Part shown: in pieces, positions 28,511 to 38,282 of the stretch | Position numbering within the stretch: position 1 is the first letter of the stretch | Layout: each line of letters opens with the position of its first letter | Assembly (NCBI GenBank): GCA_027365105.1 | Contig: DAHXNZ010000002.1 | Coordinates: 3,672-67,671 of the forward strand | Direction of reading: 5' to 3' | DNA: 64,000 bases | From: Thermoplasmata archaeon | GTDB taxonomy: Archaea > Thermoplasmatota > Thermoplasmata > Lutacidiplasmatales > UBA184 | Translations under genes and position numbers: made by a program | Notes under the pieces: generated by a model | The model's input: only the letters and a program-made list of their open reading frames with translations | The model's database searches: none | What the model was told of the DNA's origin: nothing

Positions 28511-29267
28511 GATCGCAGTACTCCGGCGAGATCTCGACCCCGATTCCCCGTCGGCCCAGCTCCCGGCAGGCCAGGAGGGTCGTGCCGGAGCCCGCGAAGG
28601 GGTCGAGGACCGTGTCGCCGACGTAGCTGAAGAGCCGGATGCACCGCCGGGGCAGCTCCCGGGGGAACGGGGCCGGATGCCCCACCGCCCGGGTCTCCCC
28701 CGAGAAGGTCCACAGGCCGTTGGTCCACGCGATGAACTCCTCCCGCGTGAGGTCGGAACGCCCGCGTTCGACCTTCTTCCACTGCCCCTTGTAGAGGAGT
28801 CCGACCATCTCGACCGGAGCGATCACGTGGGGCGCCGACGCGCTCCGCCAGGAGCCCCACGCGGTCCGCCGGGAGATGTTCTGCTCGTTCCAGACGATCG
28901 TACTGAAGTACTTCCAGCCGACCGACTTGGCGGCCTGGAGGAGATCGGAGTAGACGCTCTGGTGGCCGCCCCGGTTCTTGTCCAGCGGGACGTTGAGGCA
29001 GAACCGTCCGTCGGGCTTCAGCAGGTCGAGGCACCGGCCGAGCCACTCCCGGCTGAACTCGAGGTAGCGGTCGTAGCTCACCGTGTCGTCGTAGTCGGCG
29101 TACGGGATGTCGACCCCGTAGGGCGGGGAGGTCACGATGAGGTCGATGCTCCCCGAGGGCAGCCGAAGCTCCCGGATGTCGCCGAGGTAGAGCTGGAGAT
29201 CGGCCCGGTCGAGCACCGGGGTCGGGGGGGAGGGGGGCGTTTTCGGCCGGTGTTGGGATCGGGTCAC
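28395..29267 (-). CDS. beta-class DNA N4-cytosine/N6-adenine methyltransferase (N6_N4_Mtase), orphan
   Basis: Motif IV TSPPY (..DLIVTSPPYGV..) precedes motif I DPFAGSGTT (beta order). SPPY favours m4C but m6A cannot be excluded. No restriction endonuclease gene adjacent. Confidence 0.75.
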   Translation of the reverse strand: MTRSQHRPKTPPSPPTPVLDRADLQLYLGDIRELRLPSGSIDLIVTSPPYGVDIPYADYDDTVSYDRYLEFSREWLGRCLDLLKPDGRFCLNVPLDKNRGGHQSVYSDLLQAAKSVGWKYFSTIVWNEQNISRRTAWGSWRSASAPHVIAPVEMVGLLYKGQWKKVERGRSDLTREEFIAWTNGLWTFSGETRAVGHPAPFPRELPRRCIRLFSYVGDTVLDPFAGSGTTLLACRELGRRGIGVEISPEYCDLIGRRLFPPTEPRPARSPRTGPAGRVSAGRRRSPPTGG

Positions 29268-29351
29268 GCGCCCTCGGGGGCCGCCGAGTCCGGCCGGGGT
29301 CTTGAGGGTATCCGTGGGGCCCGGCGGTCCGGGGCCGGCCGCCCGCCCCCG

Positions 29352-30026
29352 TCAGCGGCTGCGCGTCCCGGTCCAGAGGTACTCCACGTGGCTCCCGATG
29401 TTGACGGCGTGGTCGGCGATCCGCTCGAAGTACCGGTTCACCAGGATGAGCGAGGCACCCGCGGACGCGCTCAGCGATCCGTCGGCGATCCGGCCGACCA
29501 GCTGCCGGAAGACCGCCTCGTGGAGCCGATCGACCTCGTTGTCGTCCGACTCGATCCGGCGGGCGACCTCGGCCGAGCCGGTCCGGTACGCCCCGGTCGC
29601 CGCCCGGACGATCGCGACGGTGAGCTCGCTCATCCTCCGGATCTCCCGGACCTCCCCGAGCCGGGGCCGCTCCTCGGGGGGCAGCCCGCGGACGACCTCG
29701 GCGATGTCCTTCGCGTAGCGGCCGATCCGGTCGAGGTCGGAGGCGATCTCCAAGTCGGCGGTGATGGTCCGGAGATCCCGGGCGACCGGCGCGTGGAGCG
29801 CCAGGAGGTCGACGCACGTCCCCACGACGTCCTGCTTGAGATCGTAGAGCTGCCGGTCGTAGCCGAAGACCGCCTCGATCGCCGGCGGTTCGGCACTCCC
29901 CAGCAGGTTCACCGCCGTCTCGAGGCTGCGGACGGAAAGATCGAGCATCGACTGCATCCGTCCGGCCAGCCGGTCGAGGCTTTCGGCCATGTCGCGTCGC
30001 GGGGCACCGGTCTCCTTTCCGTTCAT
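29352..30026 (-). CDS. phoU: phosphate-specific transport system accessory protein PhoU
   Basis: [42 protein letters not shown]...[21 protein letters not shown]...[18 protein letters not shown]: two PhoU repeats. ATG at 30026 overlaps the pstB stop (ATGA). Confidence 0.8.
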   Translation of the reverse strand: MNGKETGAPRRDMAESLDRLAGRMQSMLDLSVRSLETAVNLLGSAEPPAIEAVFGYDRQLYDLKQDVVGTCVDLLALHAPVARDLRTITADLEIASDLDRIGRYAKDIAEVVRGLPPEERPRLGEVREIRRMSELTVAIVRAATGAYRTGSAEVARRIESDDNEVDRLHEAVFRQLVGRIADGSLSASAGASLILVNRYFERIADHAVNIGSHVEYLWTGTRSR

Positions 30027-30808
30027 CCAAACCTCCCGGTCACGTAGCTTTCGGTGAGCTTTTCGCGGGGATTCTCGAAGAGCTGGTGGGTGTCGGAGTA
30101 CTCGATCAACCGGCCCTGGTAGAAGAAGGCGGTCCGTTCGGCGACCCGGGCCGCCTGCTGCATGTTGTGGGTCACGAGGATGACCGCGTACTCCTTCCGG
30201 AGATCGAAGATCAGCTCCTCGATCCGCTGGGTCGCCGTCGGATCGAGGCTCGCCGCCGGCTCGTCCATGAGGAGGATCCGGGGCTTGACCGCCAGGGCCC
30301 GGGCGATGCACAACCGCTGCTGCTGGCCCCCCGACAGCGTGAGGCCGGAGCGTTCGACATCGCCGTCCAGCTCCTTCCAGAGCCCGGCCTGCTCGAGCGA
30401 CCGGCGCACCGTCCGGTCCAGCTCTTCCTCGTCGATCCCCTGGAGCCGGAGGCCGAACGCCACGTTCTCGTAGATCGACATCGGAAACGGCACCGGTCGC
30501 TGGAAGACCATCCCGATCCGCTGGCGGACCAACACCGGGTTCACCGCGGGGTCGTAGATCTCCTCCCCCCGGTAGCGGACCGATCCCTCGATCCGGATCC
30601 CGGGGGCGACCTCCGCCATCCGGTTCAATGCTCGGACCAGGGTCGTCTTGCCGCAGCCCGACGGTCCAATGATCGCCGCGACCTCCCGGTCCTCAAAGTC
30701 GAGCGAGACGTCGTCCAGGATCGTCCGGTTCGGGGCCCGGACGGTCAGGTGCCGGACCGAGAGGATCGGGTCGGATCCCCGGGGCCCGCCGCGCTCGGGC
30801 TCGGTCAT
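30023..30808 (-). CDS. pstB: phosphate ABC transporter ATP-binding protein PstB
   Basis: Walker [10 protein letters not shown], signature [15 protein letters not shown], Walker B LLMDEPAS; 261 aa from ATG at 30808. Confidence 0.9.
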   Translation of the reverse strand: MTEPERGGPRGSDPILSVRHLTVRAPNRTILDDVSLDFEDREVAAIIGPSGCGKTTLVRALNRMAEVAPGIRIEGSVRYRGEEIYDPAVNPVLVRQRIGMVFQRPVPFPMSIYENVAFGLRLQGIDEEELDRTVRRSLEQAGLWKELDGDVERSGLTLSGGQQQRLCIARALAVKPRILLMDEPAASLDPTATQRIEELIFDLRKEYAVILVTHNMQQAARVAERTAFFYQGRLIEYSDTHQLFENPREKLTESYVTGRFG

Positions 30809-31713
30809 GCCCGCATCCCCCGGGTGCGCCGACGGTAGCGCTCGGCGACCGCCTGGACGACCACATTGAGCCCGATGACCAGGACCAGGAGCAGGAACGC
30901 CGCCTGGAAGGCGAGCGCCTGGAAGCTTCCCTCCGTCGCCGGGTAGTCGTAGAAGTTCCAGATCGCCCCGGTGAGGAAGCTGGTCGGCTGGAAGAGCCCC
31001 GCGACCGGGGTCGAACTCCACCCCGCGGTGTAGAGGAGCGGCGCGGTCTCCCCGAGGCCGATCGCCATCGCAAGGAAGACCCCGCTCAGGATCGCCGGGA
31101 GCGCGATCGGCCATGCGACCCGGGTGAGGTACTGACCCGGACGGGCTCCCATCGCCAGCGCGGCCTCGCGCTGCTCCGACGGCACGTTCGCAAACGCCAG
31201 ATCCGCGGTCCGATAGATGAACGGCACCATGAACACTCCGAGCGTGATCCCCCCGGCGAGGGTAGTATACCCCCAGTGGGTGTACAGGACGAGCGCGTAG
31301 TAGCCGAAGTAGCCCAGCACGATCGCCGGGATCCCCGCGAGCAGGTTGCCCGCCACGCGGGCCCACCGGGCCACCGGGGGCGGGGCGTACTCCGCCGTGT
31401 ACATGCCGGCGGCGATCCCGACCGCCGCGGCGAACCCGGTCGCGAGCCCGAGGAGGGTGAAGCTTCCGACGATCATCGCGTAGAGGCCGCCGCCGAGGCC
31501 CACCTGGTCGGTGGTCAGGGTCGCGAGGGTGAAGGTCGGAAGGGCCCGGACGGCAATCCAGTAGATCATGTCGAAGAGCGGCGCCAACACCACTAGGAGC
31601 GCGAGCGGGAGCCCCCAGCGCATGATCCGGTCGACGGCGTACCGTCGCCGCCAGCGCGCCGCCGACCCCTGGAGATCGCCCGGCCCTTCGGCCGCCCCGA
31701 CGACGGCGGTCAT
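30805..31713 (-). CDS. pstA: phosphate ABC transporter permease PstA
   Basis: Multi-TM permease; ..[45 protein letters not shown].. (EAA-type loop). Position between pstC and pstB. Confidence 0.85.
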   Translation of the reverse strand: MTAVVGAAEGPGDLQGSAARWRRRYAVDRIMRWGLPLALLVVLAPLFDMIYWIAVRALPTFTLATLTTDQVGLGGGLYAMIVGSFTLLGLATGFAAAVGIAAGMYTAEYAPPPVARWARVAGNLLAGIPAIVLGYFGYYALVLYTHWGYTTLAGGITLGVFMVPFIYRTADLAFANVPSEQREAALAMGARPGQYLTRVAWPIALPAILSGVFLAMAIGLGETAPLLYTAGWSSTPVAGLFQPTSFLTGAIWNFYDYPATEGSFQALAFQAAFLLLVLVIGLNVVVQAVAERYRRRTRGMRA

Positions 31714-32747
31714 GCCCGGCCTCCGGCGCCGGCGACGGCCCGCGGGCGGACCTCCGAGACGGCCCGCTGCCCCAGGAGGTTGAAGGCGATGGTGAGGATC
31801 AGGATCACCAGGGCGAACTCAACGAGGGCGCGCAGGAGTTCCGGATAGAAGAACGCGCTGTCGAGCTGGGTGAAGATGAAGGAGGCGATCGTGGAGGAGC
31901 CTCCGTAGAGGCTCGGCGGGAACTGGACCGTGTTGCCGAGGACCATCGCGAGCGCGACGCTCTCGCCGACGGCCCGCCCGAAGCCGAGGAAGACGGCACC
32001 CCAGAGCCCTCGGCGGGCGACGCGCAGCCGGACCCGGCGCACGACCTCCCAGGGTGTCGCCCCGAGGGCGAGGCCCGCCTCGACCAGCTCCCGGGGCACG
32101 CTGCGCAGCGACTCCCGCATCACGGCGGTCGTGAGCGGGATGACCATGAGGGTAAGGATGAAGATCCCGAGGAGGAGTCCGCTTCCACCGCCGATCGCGG
32201 ATTCGGGACCCCCAAAGCCGGGCAGCCACCCGAGGGCGTTGCGGAGGGTGGGCTCGAGCGAGCTCGCAAAGTACGGCGCGAGGACGACGAACCCCCAGAT
32301 CCCGTAGACCACGCTCGGGATCCCGGCGAGCAGATCGGTCAGGGTCGTCAGGACCCGGCTCGTCCTCGGCGGCAGGTAGACGGTCAGGGCGATCGAGATG
32401 GCCAGCGAGAGGCCCGAGGCGAGGAGCAGGGCAGCGCCCGCGGTGATCGCCGTGCCGAGCGCAAAGAGCGCGATGCCGTAGGTCGATCCGGCGGGGTCGG
32501 TCGGGTTGAACGCCCAGACCGGGCCCCAGAACGACAGGCCGAAGTTCTGTCCCTCGGAGGCGATCGCCAGCACCGCCACCACGATCCCGAGGAGGAGGAG
32601 GGGCGCCAGGGCGAGGGGGCTCCCCAGCCACCGACCGAGCGAACGCTCGCGCCGCGGCGGCGCGGGGGCGGCGGGGGCCGGCGGTCCCAAAAAAGCCGGC
32701 GGCCGGTCCGGGCCGGACCGGTCGCCAGGGGGATGGGGTTCGTCCAC
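31710..32747 (-). CDS. pstC: phosphate ABC transporter permease PstC
   Basis: Multi-TM; ..[49 protein letters not shown]..; order pstS-C-A-B. Confidence 0.85.
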   Translation of the reverse strand: MDEPHPPGDRSGPDRPPAFLGPPAPAAPAPPRRERSLGRWLGSPLALAPLLLLGIVVAVLAIASEGQNFGLSFWGPVWAFNPTDPAGSTYGIALFALGTAITAGAALLLASGLSLAISIALTVYLPPRTSRVLTTLTDLLAGIPSVVYGIWGFVVLAPYFASSLEPTLRNALGWLPGFGGPESAIGGGSGLLLGIFILTLMVIPLTTAVMRESLRSVPRELVEAGLALGATPWEVVRRVRLRVARRGLWGAVFLGFGRAVGESVALAMVLGNTVQFPPSLYGGSSTIASFIFTQLDSAFFYPELLRALVEFALVILILTIAFNLLGQRAVSEVRPRAVAGAGGRA

Positions 32748-32765
32748 GGCCGGCTCCGGGTCCGA

Positions 32766-34007
32766 CTAGGCGCTGACCGACACGGAGGCGAGCGCCGCCA
32801 TGTCGTAGCCGATGACCTCGGCGGTCAGGGGCAGGAAGTGGACCGCCTGCATGTAGGCGGGCAGGTTGCCGTACGAGAGCGCCCACTCGAGGAACGCCAC
32901 GACCCACTTCTGCTTCGCCGGGTTCGCCGGGTGGGTGGAGATCAGCGTGTACTCGAGGTTGGTGTCCGGATACGGGGTGGGGTAGGTCGCGGTCGGCAGG
33001 GTCCCGCCCTTCCCGAGCTGGAGTTGGGTCGCGCCCGGCACGCCGCCCAGGATGAGGCTGATCGCCACGCTGGGCGGCTGGAGGTTCTGGAGCGCCAGAT
33101 TGGCGTCCATGCTGATGTTCGCCGGGCTCGGCAGGATGTAGTTGGCGGGATTGAGACCGTTCTGGTTGGCGGCCTGGTCCCCGAGCGCGGCGTACTGCAG
33201 GCCCGCCGCCTCGGCCTCGGCGAGGTAGCTGATTCCGATGTAGGCGATCCCGTAGGGGGTGTCGGAGAGGCCGGTCACCATGCCGCTGTTGCCCTGGTAG
33301 CCCGGTTGCCCGGCCGCCCAGGAATAGGTGGTCCCGTACCCGCCCGGCCAGCCGGACCAGGAGAGGTAGCAGAGCGACGTGAACATGAACGTGTCCCCGC
33401 TGCCGTCCGACCGGTGGAGGGGGATGATCGTCTTCGCGGGCAGGCTCACGCCCGGGTTCGCCGCCTGGATGAGCGGGTTGTTCCACTGGGTGATCGCCCC
33501 GGCCCAGATCATCGCCAGGACCGTGCCGTTGAGGTTCAGGTGCGCGCTCACTCCGGGTAGGTGGTAGAAGACGAGCTGGGCGGAGATCGCGATCGGGACA
33601 TTGATGAGGTTGTGCTGGGCCGCGACCGAGGGGGTCAGGTAGGCATCGGTCCCGCCGATGTCGACGAGGCCGGCCTCGGCCGAACTGATGCCGGTCCCGC
33701 TCCCCGTCCCGGCCGGCGAGACCTGGATGTTGGGGTAGAGGGCCGTGAAGTTCGGCCCGAGCAGGTTCATCAGGGGGTAGATCAGCGTCGATCCGGTCTC
33801 GGTAATCGTGTAGCTCGGACCGTTGCCCGAGCCCGACCCGGCGAGGGTCTTGCCGATCAGGTACCCGCCGCCGAGCCCGACGACGAGCAGGACCACCGCG
33901 ATCCCGATGGCGACCCCGGTCGTCAGGGTGCCGCGTCGGGCCCTCGATGGGCTCCGGGCCGTCAGGCTGTCGTTTGCCGATGGGGGCGCTGGTGCGTTGC
34001 CGCTCAT
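32766..34007 (-). CDS. pstS: phosphate-binding protein PstS, N-terminally membrane-anchored
   Basis: N-terminal TM (GVAIGIAVVLLVVGLGG). PBP-like body ..TGSTLIYPLMNLLGPNF..SPAGTGSGTGISSAEAGLVDIGGTDAYL.. typical of PstS. First gene of the pst operon. Confidence 0.8.
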   Translation of the reverse strand: MSGNAPAPPSANDSLTARSPSRARRGTLTTGVAIGIAVVLLVVGLGGGYLIGKTLAGSGSGNGPSYTITETGSTLIYPLMNLLGPNFTALYPNIQVSPAGTGSGTGISSAEAGLVDIGGTDAYLTPSVAAQHNLINVPIAISAQLVFYHLPGVSAHLNLNGTVLAMIWAGAITQWNNPLIQAANPGVSLPAKTIIPLHRSDGSGDTFMFTSLCYLSWSGWPGGYGTTYSWAAGQPGYQGNSGMVTGLSDTPYGIAYIGISYLAEAEAAGLQYAALGDQAANQNGLNPANYILPSPANISMDANLALQNLQPPSVAISLILGGVPGATQLQLGKGGTLPTATYPTPYPDTNLEYTLISTHPANPAKQKWVVAFLEWALSYGNLPAYMQAVHFLPLTAEVIGYDMAALASVSVSA

Positions 34008-34010
34008 AGC

Positions 34011-35150
34011 TTACTTTCCTCCTTCGCGACCCGTGGGATAGGGGTGCGTGGAATGACCGCCGGCCGACCGCTCCGGGGGCCGGGAAGGTAGGACCGCCCC
34101 GGCGTCCCGATCGAGGACGACCTCCGCGATGTCCATCGCGTAGGCGGCGGTCCGCTCGACCGACTGGAGGAAGATCCGGACCCAGCCGTCGGCGACCGGA
34201 GGGGTGGATCCCGCGGGATTGCCCGCGGCCCCCCGCTCCTGGATCGTCTCCGTCGCCCGGCGGACCGCCTCCGCGGCGTCGATCACCCGGTCGGCGTCGG
34301 ACGCGCCGGGCCGCAGGAGCTCCAGCGCCTCGGCGAGCACCCCGACGGCCTGGGCCTGCTGGTCGCGGAGCACCTGCCGGACCGCGTCCGGCAGGGCAAC
34401 CTCCGCCAGCCGGGAACCGGTATCGCCGAGCCGGACCGCGTGATCGGCGCTCCGCTCGAGCGCCCGGGCGATGAGGAGCGTCGAAACCGGGTCCCAGAGC
34501 TCGTTCGGCCCCGAGCCGCCCTGCTCGATCCGCTGCCGGACCCGGCGCTCCGCCATCCAGGCATACCGGTCCACCTCGTCGTCCAGCCGGTCCCAATCGA
34601 CCGGGGGAACCATCGGGGCGGCGGCCGACACTTCAGCCGCCCGCCGGTGCAACTCCAGCACCATCGCTCCCAGCCTCTGGAGCAGCTGGGTGGAGGGGAG
34701 GGCCTCCGAATCGGTGACGTCCTGGAGGACGACCCGGTCGGGGGCCTCCTCGACGATCTCGGTCTGGACGGTCCGCTGGAGGAACGCGTGGACGACCTGC
34801 CGGGCGGCCGCGGTCATCCGGGGACGCTGGTCGACCATGATCCGGGGCGCCCCCCGGATGTAGGCGGCCACCAGGTGCCGAAGGAGCTGGTCGTCGGAGG
34901 CCCCCGGCACGACCGAAATCCGGGCGCCGTTCGGGATCGCCGGCTCCCCCGACAGGCGGACGACCACCGCTCCGTCCGCCGTCCGGCGCAGCCGGACCGG
35001 AGCCCCGGGGCGGGCCTTCCAGTCCCGGACCCACCGCCGGGGGATCGTGACCCCGAGGGTGACCGGTCCCACCCGGCGCAGTCGGCGTTCGGCTTCGGCG
35101 TCGGTCCGGGCGGCGGGTTCGAGGCTTCGCATCATGGTCGTCGGCTCCAT
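34011..35150 (-). CDS. AbrB/SpoVT-like swapped-hairpin domain fused to PhoU-like domains (archaeal phosphate-uptake regulator)
   Basis: N-terminus ..VGPVTLGVTIPRRWVRDWKARPGAPVRLRRTADGAVVVRLS.. (AbrB/MazE-like). C-terminal two PhoU-type helical repeats (..LIARALERSADHAVRLGD.., ..FLQSVERTAAYAMDIAEVV..). Sits directly upstream of pstS. Confidence 0.7.
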   Translation of the reverse strand: MEPTTMMRSLEPAARTDAEAERRLRRVGPVTLGVTIPRRWVRDWKARPGAPVRLRRTADGAVVVRLSGEPAIPNGARISVVPGASDDQLLRHLVAAYIRGAPRIMVDQRPRMTAAARQVVHAFLQRTVQTEIVEEAPDRVVLQDVTDSEALPSTQLLQRLGAMVLELHRRAAEVSAAAPMVPPVDWDRLDDEVDRYAWMAERRVRQRIEQGGSGPNELWDPVSTLLIARALERSADHAVRLGDTGSRLAEVALPDAVRQVLRDQQAQAVGVLAEALELLRPGASDADRVIDAAEAVRRATETIQERGAAGNPAGSTPPVADGWVRIFLQSVERTAAYAMDIAEVVLDRDAGAVLPSRPPERSAGGHSTHPYPTGREGGK

Positions 35151-35171
35151 TCTTCGGAGCGACCACGACCG

Positions 35172-35260
35172 AGCAGAATATATAGAAATTCTATCTACTA
35201 AATATTGTAATACAATATACTACATTAAGACAATAGATTGTGTCTACATCGCCCGCTTAC
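35172..35260. promoter_or_regulatory. AT-rich divergent promoter island (pst-regulator operon on minus, marR-MFS on plus) with TATA-like elements and a 17-bp perfect palindrome
   Basis: gagcagaaTATATAGaaattctatctactaaATATTGTAATACAATATactacattaagacaatagattgtg: ~90 bp of <35 % GC in a ~70 % GC genome. Palindrome ATATTGTA-A-TACAATAT at 35202-35218; aatatata ~25-30 nt upstream of the minus-strand ATG at 35150. Confidence 0.5.
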
Positions 35261-35277
35261 CTCTCGGTGCGTGAGGT

Positions 35278-35295
35278 GGTTAGCCTTATCTAACC
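35278..35295 (+). promoter_or_regulatory. inverted repeat GGTTAG-ccttat-CTAACC immediately upstream of marR (candidate MarR operator / TATA-like TTATCTAA)
   Basis: Perfect 6-bp arms with 6-nt spacer ending 20 nt before the marR ATG (35315). Confidence 0.35.
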
Positions 35296-35314
35296 GACGG
35301 GGACGCCGCAGGGC

Positions 35315-35812
35315 ATGGACCCCATCTGGACGCCCTCGTCCGAGCCCGAAGACGCGATCTGGGCCGCCCTCCGGCAGGTCATGACCGAGGGCACCCTGCT
35401 GCGCCGGCAGTACCTCGCCGCGTCCGGCGTGACTTTCGGCCAGTATGTGGTCCTTCAGATGGTCCGGGACGCTCCGGCGGTCCGAAGCTCCCAGTTGGCC
35501 CGGGAGCTCGGGGTGAGCCGACCGACCATGTCGATCCTCCTTCGGGCCCTCGAACGCAAGCGCTGGATTACCCGGACCGTGGCGACGACCGACCGCCGAG
35601 GGCAGAGCGTCACCCTGACCCCCGGGGCCGACCGGCTCCTGGCCCGGGTGGATCGGGCCTCCCGACGGGCCGGCCGGGCGGTCGTTCGGCGCTCACCGGG
35701 AGCCCGGGATCCGAAGGTCATCCGGGCGCTCCAGGAGATCGCCTCGGCCCTCCGGGACGAACGGCAGGCGGCCCCGCCGCGCCGCCCCCCGGCGTCCGGG
35801 AGGGGCCGATGA
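35315..35812 (+). CDS. MarR-family transcriptional regulator
   Basis: Winged HTH: ..VTFGQYVVLQMVRDAPAVRSSQLARELGVSRPTMSILLRALERKRWITR..DRRGQSVTLTPGADRLL.. Confidence 0.8.
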   Translation: MDPIWTPSSEPEDAIWAALRQVMTEGTLLRRQYLAASGVTFGQYVVLQMVRDAPAVRSSQLARELGVSRPTMSILLRALERKRWITRTVATTDRRGQSVTLTPGADRLLARVDRASRRAGRAVVRRSPGARDPKVIRALQEIASALRDERQAAPPRRPPASGRGR

Positions 35813-37302
35813 GCGCCGTCGGGCTTTCCGGCCGGACCTTCGATTCGGCCTACACGCGACGGATCCTGATCGTCCTGGGCGCCCTGGTCACGATCGTCCT
35901 CTACATCGAAGGCATGCTCACCCCGTCGCTCCCGGCGATCGGCTCCGAGTTTCACGTCACGATCGGGGAGGCGAGCCTGGTCCTTTCCTCCTACCTCATC
36001 ACCGGCGTGGCGCTGAGCCCCGTGGTCGGCAAGCTCGGCGACATCTACGGCAAAAAGAAGCTCCTCGCGATCGTGGTCGTCCTCTACGCCGTCTGCGTCT
36101 CGATCACCGGCTTCTCCCCGAACTTCGGGTTCATGGTCGCCGCCCGGGCCTTCCAGGGCATCGGGCTGACCGTCTTCCCTCTCGGCATGTCCCTCGTCCG
36201 GGAGGAGTTCCCGCGCGAGATGGTGCCGAAAGCCCAGGGCCTGCTGAGCGCCATGTTCGGCGTGGGGTTCGCCATCAGTCTCCCCCTCGGTTCCTGGGTC
36301 TCCAACGCCTACGGCTGGCGGACCACCTACCACACGGCGATCCCCTTCGTCATCGCCTTGGCGGTCCTGGTCTTTCTCTGGGTCCGGGAGTCGGAGTTCC
36401 GGCGGCCGGAGACCAAGGTCGACTACCTCGGGGCGCTCCTGCTCGGCGGTTCGCTCGCCGCCTATGTCCTCGCACTCTCGGAGGGCCCCACCTGGGGCTG
36501 GCTCGCGGCCCCGACCTTGGGGCTTGTCGTGCTCGGGACGGTCCTGCTCGGGCCCCTCACGATCTACGAGCGGTGGTACCACGCCCGGGGCGGAGAGTCG
36601 ATCCTGGATCTGCGTCTCCTGAAGGAACGCAACGTGCTGGTCACCAATGTCGTCGGCGCGATCTCGGGGTTGGGGATGTACCTCGCCTTGCTCTCGCTGA
36701 CCTACCTCTTCGAAACCCCGGCGCCGGTCGGCTACGGGCTCTCGATCTTGGGGGCCGGTCTCGGGCTGCTGCCGCTCGCCCTCGCGATGCTGATCTTCTC
36801 TCCGATCGCCGGCGCGCTGGTCTCCCGGGTCGGGACCCGGCCGATGACGGCGTTGGGATCGGTCATCACGGCCGTGGCGTTCCTCTTCGCCATCCCGGTC
36901 CAGTCGCTGGACCAACTCTACGTCGCCGAATTCTTCATGGGAGCCGGCATCGCGATCATGAACGCTTCGGTCATCAACCTCCTGGTCCTGACCGTGGCCC
37001 CCAAGGACATGGGGCTCGCGACCTCGATGAACAGCGTCTTCCGCAATGTGGGCAGTTCGGTCGGCGCCCCCCTTTCGGGGTCGCTCCTCGCCACCTTCGT
37101 CTACGCCGTGATCCCCGGGGTCGGGGCAATCCCCTCGACCGTGGCGTTCCAGTGGTCGTTCGCGATCGCGGCCGTCACCTTCCTGGCCGCCGCCCTGACC
37201 GTCTACTTCGCCCGGGAGGTGCTGGGCCGACCGCTCCGCCAGGCCACCGGGGCTCCCGAACCGGTGCCGACGGGCCGGCCGGGCGGGGAGTCGGGGGGAT
37301 GA
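35809..37302 (+). CDS. MFS transporter (14-TM drug:H+ antiporter, EmrB/QacA-like)
   Basis: ..LGKLGDIYGKKKLLAIVVVLYAVCVSITGFSPNFGFMVAARAFQGIGLTVFPLGMSLV.. (MFS motif A region) and multiple hydrophobic segments. Start overlaps the marR stop by 4 nt. Confidence 0.85.
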   Translation: MSAVGLSGRTFDSAYTRRILIVLGALVTIVLYIEGMLTPSLPAIGSEFHVTIGEASLVLSSYLITGVALSPVVGKLGDIYGKKKLLAIVVVLYAVCVSITGFSPNFGFMVAARAFQGIGLTVFPLGMSLVREEFPREMVPKAQGLLSAMFGVGFAISLPLGSWVSNAYGWRTTYHTAIPFVIALAVLVFLWVRESEFRRPETKVDYLGALLLGGSLAAYVLALSEGPTWGWLAAPTLGLVVLGTVLLGPLTIYERWYHARGGESILDLRLLKERNVLVTNVVGAISGLGMYLALLSLTYLFETPAPVGYGLSILGAGLGLLPLALAMLIFSPIAGALVSRVGTRPMTALGSVITAVAFLFAIPVQSLDQLYVAEFFMGAGIAIMNASVINLLVLTVAPKDMGLATSMNSVFRNVGSSVGAPLSGSLLATFVYAVIPGVGAIPSTVAFQWSFAIAAVTFLAAALTVYFAREVLGRPLRQATGAPEPVPTGRPGGESGG

Positions 37303-37360
37303 GAGCGGCGTCGGGGCTCCGGCCGGAGCCTATTAGCCTCCCGCCGGCTGTACGGGCCGT

Positions 37361-38215
37361 ATGACCGAGCCGACCGCCGGAGTCCCTCCCCCCGGGTCGT
37401 CGGAGCCCGGGCCCTCCCGAGGCGAGGAGCCTCCGATCGCACCCCCCCGGCCCCGCCGGTCGCGCCGGCCCCTCGGGATTGCGATCGCAGCCGTCGCGGT
37501 CGTGGCGGTCCTGGTGGCCGGCACGGTGCTGGCGTCGGGCCTCCTGGCCCCGCCGGCCTCGCCGGCCCCTTCCGGCTCGACCGGGATCCCCTCAGGCACG
37601 GCCCTGGCCCGATCGGAGAGCACAGCCGCCCGCGTTCCGGGCGGCCCCTGGGTCCCTCGCCTCGAGGCCGGCTTCGCCTCGACTTTGGCGCTCGAGAGCC
37701 TCCCGTCGATCCTCCTCAGCCACATTCCCGGCTGCTCGATCACCCCCCTCGCTCCCTTCTTCGTCCCGGCGTCCCTCTCCGAGGTTTCGGCCGGCCGGGC
37801 GGCCGCGTGGGTCGTCGGATTCGTCGATACCAACGGGAGCCAGGGACTTCTGGTCCTGGTCAATCCCCAGGCTTCAGTCGCCCTCGCCCGGCTGACCGGC
37901 AGCTGCGTCGCCAACCTGACCGCCCTCCCCTCGATTCAGTCGGCCGGTGCGGTCGACCCGACCCAGATCGCGGCGCACTACACGGAGAACATCAGCGCCT
38001 TCGTCACCGGACGACCCTCGGTGACCGCCGGGTACTTCCTCGTCGGCCTCGCCGCGGCCGGGCTGGGCGCCCTCTTCGGCTGGGCGCTGGTCTGGACGAC
38101 CTGCCCGACCGCCCTGACCTCCCCCCCGGTCCAGGGCACCACCCTCACCATCATCGCCGACGCGGCGACCGGATCGGTCTTCACCGGCCCCACGGTCCAG
38201 ACGATCGTCTGCTAG
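37361..38215 (+). CDS. membrane-anchored hypothetical protein (N-terminal TM, extracytoplasmic S/T/A/P-rich domain)
   Basis: ..PLGIAIAAVAVVAVLVAGTVLASGLLA.. TM; several N-x-S/T sequons (NGSQ, NLTA, NISA); no family recognised. Confidence 0.4.
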   Translation: MTEPTAGVPPPGSSEPGPSRGEEPPIAPPRPRRSRRPLGIAIAAVAVVAVLVAGTVLASGLLAPPASPAPSGSTGIPSGTALARSESTAARVPGGPWVPRLEAGFASTLALESLPSILLSHIPGCSITPLAPFFVPASLSEVSAGRAAAWVVGFVDTNGSQGLLVLVNPQASVALARLTGSCVANLTALPSIQSAGAVDPTQIAAHYTENISAFVTGRPSVTAGYFLVGLAAAGLGALFGWALVWTTCPTALTSPPVQGTTLTIIADAATGSVFTGPTVQTIVC

Positions 38216-38282
38216 GTGGCCCTCCACCGACGGGGGCTCCCCCCGGAACCGGAGGGGGGCTCTCGATCGCGGCCGGACACTC

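Noticed and set aside
31819-34596. 925-aa minus-strand ORF
   Set aside because: Overlaps pstS/pstC in another frame; low-complexity R/G/P sequence; pst genes are well supported.
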